Below, piece by piece: positions 25,950 through 32,000 of a DNA stretch of 32,000 nt. Numbering within the stretch: the stretch's first letter is position 1; every line of letters begins with the position of its first letter. The position numbers and the translations under genes are program-made. The stretch lies in NCBI GenBank assembly GCA_963708295.1, contig CAVPSJ010000014.1:319935-351934 (forward strand), read 5' to 3'. The stretch comes from an uncultured delta proteobacterium. GTDB taxonomy: Bacteria; Desulfobacterota; BSN033; UBA1163. A model generated the notes under the pieces. The model was not told the origin of the DNA. It saw only the letters and a program-made list of their open reading frames with translations, and did not search any database.

Positions 25950-26337
25950 CGGTAATACCTCCAGTCAAATATTTTTAAAATCGCCAATCATTAAAAGATC
26001 AGCAAAGCCTAGCCTTTTTCAAAAGGTCGGAGATTATTGACCCGACGTAAGTCATCTTTAAGTGATAAGAACTCGCTTTAGGATGAATGGAATATACTAA
26101 GAACGAAGTTGTATGTCAACGACAAAAGACCGTTTCAAATCAAGCATACTCTGTAAAATTATCTGGTTGCGGACTTAAGGAAGAACTCTTTCTTTTTCCA
26201 AACTCCCGCAGGTCTCGATGCCGATTTAGCGCGCTTCCACCTACTAATACTCTGGCCAAAGCTGTTAGAGAATTGATGATTTCCGATTGAAAGTGAGTGG
26301 GATGGTGAAGGAATGATTTGTCCTGAAAGATACTTAA

Positions 26338-26676
26338 TCAAACAGACACTGTTAAACCGATATGCAACCCCCTGAGAACGCGTTCGGTGCTGGAAAGATC
26401 CCCAATCACTCTCTGCATCGGAAGAGGAAATGTTTTTACCAGAGTTGGGATAGCAACAATCTGACCTGCTTTTGCAAGCTGGGGATTCCTTAAAATATCA
26501 ACTACGGTAATTCGGCATTTGTCATTTAGATGTTCCTGGCAGATCCTCGTGAGATTGGTAAAGGCCGCTATCGATTTTGCTGTCTTCCCTGCAACATAGA
26601 GTCGGAAATCGAATACTCCAGTCACCCTTCCTCCCCTTTTTGCCTTTTGCCGTGGTCTTCTCTTCCGCCCCTTCAT
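26338..26676 (-). CDS. kaiB: KaiB family protein (paralogue 3)
   Basis: FRLYVAGKTAKSIAAFTNLTRICQEHL...ITVVDILRNPQLAKAGQIVAIPTLVKTFPLPMQRVIGDLSSTERVL matches the KaiB core. It has a Lys/Arg-rich N-terminal extension and is the most divergent of the three. Confidence 0.85.
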   Translation of the reverse strand: MKGRKRRPRQKAKRGGRVTGVFDFRLYVAGKTAKSIAAFTNLTRICQEHLNDKCRITVVDILRNPQLAKAGQIVAIPTLVKTFPLPMQRVIGDLSSTERVLRGLHIGLTVSV

Positions 26677-26700
26677 TTGTGGTTGCCTTTAAGATTCCCC

Positions 26701-27882
26701 CTATCTCTCCAAGGGCCATGATACCCGGATGGTCGTTCCTGATCCATGAATAGACTCAATGGCAAACGAACCTCCTGTAAGCTCGGCCCGTTCCTTCATG
26801 CTGGTAAGTCCTAACCCCCTCCCGGGATTCTCAGCATATAACTTTTCTTCAAGGTCGAACCCCCGGCCATTATCCTCAATAACCATTTCTATCTTATCAG
26901 TTTTCTTCAGGGAGAGGGTCGCAACCTCTGCTTTGCTGTGTTTGGCAACATTGTTAAAAGCCTCCTGGCAGATTCTGTAGATTACTGTTTTCAGATGATC
27001 AGGAACATCTTTTTCTTCTATGTTCATCTGGGTTTTGATATGAATGCTTAAATAGGTTTTTTGAAATTCCCTGAAGAACCAGTTAAGGGTGGGTAAGATA
27101 CCCAGATCGTCGAGGCTGGAGGGCCGTAAAGCCATCTGGATTCTCCGAGATTCTTCGATGGTTTTTTGAATCATAGGGATGATGCTCTCCGCGTCACTAC
27201 TGGCACCCTTCTGAAGAACTTGTTCCATCCTAAATTTGATAGCCCCTAAGGATCCCCCAAGGCTGTCATGAATTTCGCTGGCAAGTAGTTTTCTCTCATT
27301 CTCTTGTGCGATGAGGAGCTGGGAAGAGAGGTACCTCAGCCGCTCTTCTGACTCCTTCAACTGCTGTTCCGCTCTCTTGCGCTCGGTCAAATCCATTACC
27401 ACCATACAAACTGCAGACACTTCATCTGTCATGAGCGGATTGAAGGAAAGATATACCGAAACAAGCTGTCCGTCTCCTCTTTTGAGGGAAATCTCTACCC
27501 TGCTGGCTTCCTGTTTGCCTCTTTGGAACGCAGATTCAAAGCTGACCGTGTCTGTCGGACCGATGAATCGGTATATCGAGGAGCCTATCACCTGTTCACT
27601 GGGTATTAAAAGTAGTTCTGCAAGGCGGCCGTTACAATAGAGGATCGTTCCACCCGGGTCCAGTGTCACAGCCCCCTCATTCATGGTTTCGACATAAACA
27701 CGGTAGGGTTGTTCCGCGCCCTTCAAGGTGTAGACCTGATCTCCTTGAGGGCTTGAGATAACCAAGGCGTCAACTTCGCCTTTCCGAATGGCACTAAGTG
27801 TCTCCTCAGCTTCTTCGAGGCGCATCCGAAGATCTTCTATTTGAAGAAGATGCTTGTCCTTTCTTTTTGTATCTTTTTTCAT
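26701..27882 (-). CDS. Soluble PAS sensor histidine kinase, HisKA_3 / HATPase_c type
   Basis: An N-terminal coiled segment and a PAS-like domain (EGAVTLDPGGTILYCNGRLAELL) are followed by a coiled linker. H-box LLASEIHDSLGGSL (HisKA_3), N-box QEAFNNVAKHS, G1 DNGRGF, G2 GLGLTSMKERAELTGG. No transmembrane segment. Confidence 0.85.
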   Translation of the reverse strand: MKKDTKRKDKHLLQIEDLRMRLEEAEETLSAIRKGEVDALVISSPQGDQVYTLKGAEQPYRVYVETMNEGAVTLDPGGTILYCNGRLAELLLIPSEQVIGSSIYRFIGPTDTVSFESAFQRGKQEASRVEISLKRGDGQLVSVYLSFNPLMTDEVSAVCMVVMDLTERKRAEQQLKESEERLRYLSSQLLIAQENERKLLASEIHDSLGGSLGAIKFRMEQVLQKGASSDAESIIPMIQKTIEESRRIQMALRPSSLDDLGILPTLNWFFREFQKTYLSIHIKTQMNIEEKDVPDHLKTVIYRICQEAFNNVAKHSKAEVATLSLKKTDKIEMVIEDNGRGFDLEEKLYAENPGRGLGLTSMKERAELTGGSFAIESIHGSGTTIRVSWPLER

Positions 27883-27890
27883 AACATCAC

Positions 27891-28232
27891 CTATTTTTTT
27901 GGTGTTAAATCTAATCCCAGGACAATCCGTCCCGTATCCGACATGTCGCCGATGAATCTGCGTAAGGGCAGAGGAAGTTTCTTGATGAGTGTGGGTGTAG
28001 CAATGATTTGTTCTCCTTCGGCAAGCACAGGTCTCTGGTAGATATCGATGACTTCAAGATCGCACCGGCCATGGAGCTCCTCGTCGCAGATTTTTTTGAT
28101 GTTCTGGATGGCTCGCGTGGATTTGGGTGTCATGCCTGTCACGTATAAACGCAGCACATACTTCTCTTTTAATGACTTTTTTAGAACCCTCTCAAATGAT
28201 TTAGTTGAATCTTTAACTTTTTTTTGTTTCAT
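27891..28232 (-). CDS. kaiB: KaiB family protein (paralogue 2)
   Basis: LRLYVTGMTPKSTRAIQNIKKICDEEL...LEVIDIYQRPVLAEGEQIIATPTLIKKLPLPLRRFIGDMSD. It has a Lys-rich N-terminal extension. Its stop lies 8 nt before the kinase ATG. Confidence 0.85.
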   Translation of the reverse strand: MKQKKVKDSTKSFERVLKKSLKEKYVLRLYVTGMTPKSTRAIQNIKKICDEELHGRCDLEVIDIYQRPVLAEGEQIIATPTLIKKLPLPLRRFIGDMSDTGRIVLGLDLTPKK

Positions 28233-28261
28233 AACTTATCTCCTACAATGGCCCCTTTCTT

Positions 28262-28588
28262 CTACATTTTCGGACGAACGTCAAGTCCAACCAGAACACG
28301 CAGGGTGTTTGAGAGATCACCGATGATTTTCTTTATCGGGGGAGGAAGCTTCCTCACCAGGGTCGGAATGGCCAGGATTTGATCTCCGCTGGCGAGTTGA
28401 GGATTCTTCAGAAGGTCGATAACCTCAATATGATATTTGCCCTCGAGATGCTCCTCGCAGATCTTCTTGAGATTGGCAAAGGCTGCTAACGATTTCGGTG
28501 TCTGCCCTGCCACATAAAGTCTTAATTCCCACGTGTCTTTCTTCGGTTTCGCATTTTTTCCGGGTCCGGCTGCCACTTTTCTTTTCAT
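28262..28588 (-). CDS. kaiB: KaiB family protein (paralogue 1)
   Basis: [73 protein letters not shown] is close to canonical KaiB. Its ATG overlaps the kaiC stop (ATGA at 28585-28588), with SD GGAGG inside the kaiC 3' end. Confidence 0.9.
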   Translation of the reverse strand: MKRKVAAGPGKNAKPKKDTWELRLYVAGQTPKSLAAFANLKKICEEHLEGKYHIEVIDLLKNPQLASGDQILAIPTLVRKLPPPIKKIIGDLSNTLRVLVGLDVRPKM

Positions 28589-30309
28589 CTATTCCTCCTC
28601 TCAGAGTTTTCATCTTCCTTGCGCATGCCGGCTATCTTTTCCCGGAGTTTCGAAACACCGTTTCGTCGCATTTTTTCCTGCTCGGTCAGTTTATTCAGCT
28701 CCTGCTCTTCTGCTTGGATCTGGGCACGCAATGAAGCGATCTGGGCTTCCAATGCCTTGCGCTTGGTCTCCACATTCAGCTTTCTCCGCTCAATCTCCTT
28801 CTGATGCGACAATTCAATATCCCTCTCCTGGGTTTCTTGAGATATTCGCGCCGAGCCTGTCAACACGCCTGACGGGCCGACATAGACATCGATCAGATCG
28901 ATTCCCTTACCGGTTAATAAGAACTCCCGGATCTGGTTGGAGTGCGCCATGCCTCGGGATTTGAGGATGTACAGACCACGATTGCGTTCCCCTCCAATTT
29001 CGATGTCGCGAAGCAGGAGCCAGGTATCGGATAACGAAGACATTCCCACCTCCGTCTGTTCAAGAGGGCTACCCGCGCCTGTCAGGGTCGTAAAGAGTGC
29101 GGTTGTCTGATTGGATTTCATCTCGTCCAGCAAACGAGTCAGCATGGCCTTGACATCAGTTTCACTGGCAACGCTGCCGAGATTAGTCACGGGGTCCACA
29201 ATAACAACTTTTGGTTTGAACTCCTCAATGAACTTGTGCATGGATGCCAGATGGGCTTCCAACCCATAGACAGTCGGTCGCTCTGCATGAAATTTTAGAA
29301 GTCCCTTTTCCACCCATGGTTGAAGGTCGATGCCAATCGAGCGCATATTGCGAATAATCTGAGAGGGGGACTCTTCAAAGGCAAAAAAGGCAGATCGCTC
29401 CCCGCGGCGGCACGCTGCATCGACAAAGTGCGCTGCGATGCTGGTCTTACCTGTCCCAGCGGTTCCAGATACAAGAATACCGCTGCCTCGGAAATATCCT
29501 TTTCCTCCCAGCATGGTGTCGAGGCGAGGGATGCCTGTCGAAATTCGTTGGCTTGTGACAATATGCTGCAATCCAAGGGATGTAATGGGCATGACGTCTA
29601 TGCCCCGTTCGTCAATCAGGAACGGGAACTCATTGGTGCCGTGGGTCGAGCCCCGGTACTTGACGACGCGCAGACGGCGGGTGGAGATCTGATTCGCCAC
29701 TCTGTGATCGAGGAGGATCACGCAATCGGAAACATATTCTTCAAGACCGTGCCGCGTCAGGGCGTTTTCCCCTCGCTCCCCTGTGATGATGGCTGTCATG
29801 CCTTTCTTTTTCAGCCAACGAAAGAGGCGGCGAAGTTCTGCCCGGAGGATGGAAGGATTGGGCAGTCCCGCGAAGAGCGATTCAATCGTATCCAGGACGA
29901 CTCTTTTTGCACCGATCGAATCAATCGCATTGCCAAGGCGAATGAAGAGACCTTCAAGGTCGTATTCGCCGGTTTCCTCGATCTCGCTCCGCTCAATATG
30001 AACATAGTCGATGAAAAGTCTCTTGGAAGCGGTCAGGCGATTCAGGTCAAAGCCGAGGGAGGCCACATTCTTTGTCAATTCCTCACCGGATTCCTCAAAT
30101 GACATGAAGACCCCCGGTTCATTAAACTGGATCGCCCCCCGAACAAGAAACTCCATGCCGAAAAGTGTCTTCCCGGACCCGGCACCGCCGCACACCAGGG
30201 TGGGGCGACCCTTGGGTAGCCCCCCATTCGTGATTTCATCAAAGCCGGCTATTCCCGTAGGAACTTTCTGCAAACCACCTCTGAGCAATCTTGTCTTTTC
30301 TTTGGCCAT
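28585..30309 (-). CDS. kaiC: KaiC (double RecA/DnaB-like domain) with an 86-residue C-terminal coiled-coil-like extension
   Basis: CI has Walker A GGAGSGKT and catalytic FEES. CII has Walker A GTAGTGKT and FEES. A Ser-Ser pair in [12 protein letters not shown] sits at the position of the cyanobacterial S431/T432 phosphosites. The track start is a TTG at 30330; the ATG at 30309 (MAKEKTRLL) has SD GAGGGAG 7 nt upstream and is preferred. Confidence 0.9.
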   Translation of the reverse strand: MAKEKTRLLRGGLQKVPTGIAGFDEITNGGLPKGRPTLVCGGAGSGKTLFGMEFLVRGAIQFNEPGVFMSFEESGEELTKNVASLGFDLNRLTASKRLFIDYVHIERSEIEETGEYDLEGLFIRLGNAIDSIGAKRVVLDTIESLFAGLPNPSILRAELRRLFRWLKKKGMTAIITGERGENALTRHGLEEYVSDCVILLDHRVANQISTRRLRVVKYRGSTHGTNEFPFLIDERGIDVMPITSLGLQHIVTSQRISTGIPRLDTMLGGKGYFRGSGILVSGTAGTGKTSIAAHFVDAACRRGERSAFFAFEESPSQIIRNMRSIGIDLQPWVEKGLLKFHAERPTVYGLEAHLASMHKFIEEFKPKVVIVDPVTNLGSVASETDVKAMLTRLLDEMKSNQTTALFTTLTGAGSPLEQTEVGMSSLSDTWLLLRDIEIGGERNRGLYILKSRGMAHSNQIREFLLTGKGIDLIDVYVGPSGVLTGSARISQETQERDIELSHQKEIERRKLNVETKRKALEAQIASLRAQIQAEEQELNKLTEQEKMRRNGVSKLREKIAGMRKEDENSERRNR

Positions 30310-30387
30310 GATTATCTCCCTCTTGTTCAAGAAATCTGAACCGAAACTTTAAATTAACGAGGAAATCTCCCTCATCTAAAATCTAAA

Positions 30388-30413
30388 GATTTGGAACTTC
30401 AGAATTATCTGCA
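30388..30413 (+). promoter_or_regulatory. Copy of intergenic motif (split 5' half) GATTT..TTCAG-N2-TTATCTGCA upstream of kaiC
   Basis: GATTTGGAACTTCAGAATTATCTGCA. It lies 168 bp from the next copy, in the same orientation, in the AT-rich kaiC upstream region. Confidence 0.4.
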
Positions 30414-30560
30414 CGGTTGAGAGGACAGTATTGCAAACAGTTCAAAAAGTCAATCCTCTTTTATGTATTTTTTCGGGATCGGTGGGTCCCTCCGTGCATC
30501 CAACAATTTTATTGATTTCCAGTCGAAATGTTGCATAAAAGGATAGAAATCGGAAAACAA

Positions 30561-30581
30561 GATTTCAGGAAGTTATCTGCA
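30561..30581 (+). promoter_or_regulatory. Copy of intergenic motif GATTTCAG-N4-TTATCTGCA upstream of kaiC
   Basis: GATTTCAGGAAGTTATCTGCA. Confidence 0.4.
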
Positions 30582-30700
30582 TCTTATTATGGTAGAAACT
30601 GGCATCTGGGTTTTCAGAGAAAAGTTAATATCACATTTGGCATTGTGTGCCGGGCGAAGCACTGACTTTTTCACCTAAATCCGCCGGAATCTCATCCGCG

Positions 30701-30748
30701 AAAAAAAGAGGGTGCGCTCAAGGTTTTGCTAACCTTGAACGCACCCTC
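30701..30748 (-). terminator. Rho-independent terminator downstream of the CocE/NonD gene
   Basis: The minus strand reads GAGGGTGCGTTCAAGGTT-AGCAA-AACCTTGAGCGCACCCTC, an 18 bp stem with one mismatch, followed directly by TTTTTTT. Confidence 0.7.
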
Positions 30749-30791
30749 AATAAACCTCACAAGATGTTTGTGAAGAAGAGTTATTATTTCT

Positions 30792-30916
30792 CAGGCTGCT
30801 CAAAAATGCCCAGATGCAAGGCTCCCAAGATCCCGAGGAATGAGGCGTACTTGGATGTACGCTGCAATGACGAGGGATGAGGGAAACGCAGCAGATAGGC
30901 GTTTTTCAGCAGCCTG
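30792..30916. mobile_element. MITE-like foldback element (family 3), about 125 bp
   Basis: Terminal inverted repeats CAGGCTGCTCAAAAATGCC (30792-30810) and GGCGTTTTTCAGCAGCCTG (30898-30916) match 17/19. There is an internal GCGTAC-N6-GTACGC hairpin. It lies between the CocE/NonD stop and its terminator. Confidence 0.6.
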
Positions 30917-30944
30917 CTAGGGTTTATGCCTCGGCCAAGGAAGC

Positions 30945-32000
30945 TCAGGATTTCCTCGGGATGATCGGGACGAGAACAAAGGAAGATTTCTTCCCGCCTG
31001 CATGGATCGTGCTTTTGCCACCGAAGATGGCCTCCGGCCGATCATCGGGATCGTTATGGAGGAACGGCCCGCAGCCCCTCAGTTCGTTTGCAAAAGACTT
31101 GATACGTATTCCCTCCCCCGGGATGTTCGTAGTCTTTCCCTCGAACGGTCAGGGCAATTCGGTACCCGGCCGGCACAACGATACAGGTTGGCCATATCTC
31201 GATATCGAGCTCATACACTTTTCCGGGCGTAAGGGGCTCTCTCACGACGTGCGGGTGATAGGGACGGTATTTGGTGCTGAGGACAGGATCGAGTTTACGA
31301 TGGGATGCCCGGAGCCACCCCTGTGCAATGGGGGTGTGCGGGTCGAGAGCACCCTGGAAAACGACCTCTTTGAGATCAGGGGCGAAGACCCGGAGGATGA
31401 GAAAGAGGTCGGCGTCCGTCGTCGAGGAGGAGACGAACAATTTTGAGGCAATGGGTCCGGTGATTTCGGTCTCCTCCTTTAGCGGAGGTGTCATGAAGGT
31501 AACGCCGTCACCGAGAGCTTCGAACTCAACCTTTCCCGTTTCTTCCGCCGGTTTCTTGCTGAGACTACAGTCCGCAGGGTTGAGGTAGAGCTTGGTCCAC
31601 CGGGTCCGGGCCAGAGGCCATTCTTTTTCGGCACGCTGGACAAAACCGTCAATTTTTCGGACCTGAAGCTGCACCTTCGGCTGTTTCTTCCAATCATTAT
31701 CCAGACCTTTTAGGAATCGGTCGAAGAACCGCTTCTGCAGTGTGACGCCGTAACGGGTGTAGAATTCTGTCCAGTGCTCGATGCCATGGACCTCCAGCCA
31801 CTTCTGCTTTGAGGCAGACTGTGTGAAGCCCTCAAAATTTCCCCGGGGATGAAGCCCCTGACCTCCCCAGTTGGCTGAGGAAAACAGAGGAACCGTGATC
31901 TTTGACCAGATCGGTGATCTGTCTATATGGTATTGGTCATCCGTGGGATGAGCTTTGATCGCTGCTCCCAGATCTGTTCGGTTCTTCGCCAATTCTTCAT
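30945..32000 (-). pseudogene. CocE/NonD family hydrolase (C-terminal part; gene runs off the right edge) with one frameshift near its 3' end
   Basis: Track ORF 31054-31992 carries the PepX_C-type beta-sandwich (..GALDPHTPIAQGWLRASHRKLD..YRIALTVRGKDYEHPG). After the run GTCTTTTGC (A-run at 31092-31095 on the plus strand), the conserved family C-terminus continues in the next frame: ANELRGCGPFLHNDPDDRPEAIFGGKSTIHAGGKKSSFVLVPIIPRKS*, with its stop at 30947-30945. Confidence 0.8.

Noticed and set aside
25988-26337. The 350 bp AT-rich gap after kaiB3, including ORF 26087-26290 (67 aa), as a small gene or ncRNA.
   Set aside because: I saw no SD, no conserved-looking peptide, no convincing hairpin or terminator and no repeat. 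It is left unannotated rather than guessed.
30388-30581. The TTATCTGCA motif as a sigma54 (-24/-12) promoter or a sigma28-type -10 element.
   Set aside because: The ..CTGCA resembles the -12 TTGCA, but no GG sits at the required 12 nt upstream distance in any copy. The inverted form TGCAGATAA resembles GCCGATAA, but no TAAA -35 lies at the right spacing.
26338-30700. A kaiA gene or a response-regulator receiver gene within or next to the Kai cluster.
   Set aside because: No ORF in any frame shows a KaiA-like or receiver (DD..D..K) pattern. The gaps between Kai genes are 0-29 nt, and the flanks are non-coding.
30647-31446. Plus-strand ORFs 30647-30880 and 30877-31446 as possible small genes upstream of kaiC.
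   Set aside because: The first is read out of the terminator hairpin and the family 3 MITE. The second is antisense to the frameshifted C-terminus of the CocE/NonD gene, whose conserved ending (GCGPFLHNDPDDRP..LVPIIP) is on the minus strand.

Overview
All credible genes in this 32 kb bacterial window lie on the minus strand, and no rRNA, tRNA or CRISPR array was seen. There are five blocks.
(1) 1-8930: a tightly packed Liv-type ABC importer with two paralogous binding proteins. It is interleaved with a split Tm-1-like pair (UPF0261 and a PEP-hydrolase-like TIM barrel) and ends in an MBL hydrolase.
(2) 9037-11864: a GntR/FadR regulator with its own promoter and operator, an M24 hydrolase, and a C-GCAxxG-C-C protein. 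The last reads through an in-frame TGA at the position of the family's first Cys, so it is a likely selenoprotein.
(3) 11952-23771: carbamate kinase, a BMP-type ABC importer, DUF2877, DUF1116, FdrA, a small ORF and a 2-hydroxyacid dehydrogenase. This is an oxamate-carbamoyltransferase-like, ATP-yielding catabolic operon in an unusual context.
(4) 24024-25949: an orphan NMT1-like binding protein and a nitroreductase.
(5) 26338-30309: a KaiA-less Kai module. A KaiC with a long coiled-coil tail is followed by three KaiB paralogues, with a PAS/HisKA_3 kinase between them.
A CocE/NonD hydrolase runs off the right edge.
Other signals:
- seven homopolymer-associated frameshifts confined to four genes;
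- three different MITE-like foldback elements in intergenic gaps;
- a family of G/C-tract hairpin repeats;
- a recurring intergenic motif, GATTTCAG-N3-4-TTATCTGCA.
The Kai module, the TGA-recoded protein and the FdrA/DUF1116/DUF2877 operon are the best candidates for new biology. Family assignments come from reading the translations by eye; no database search was run. The host looks like an uncultivated anaerobe, but that is a guess.
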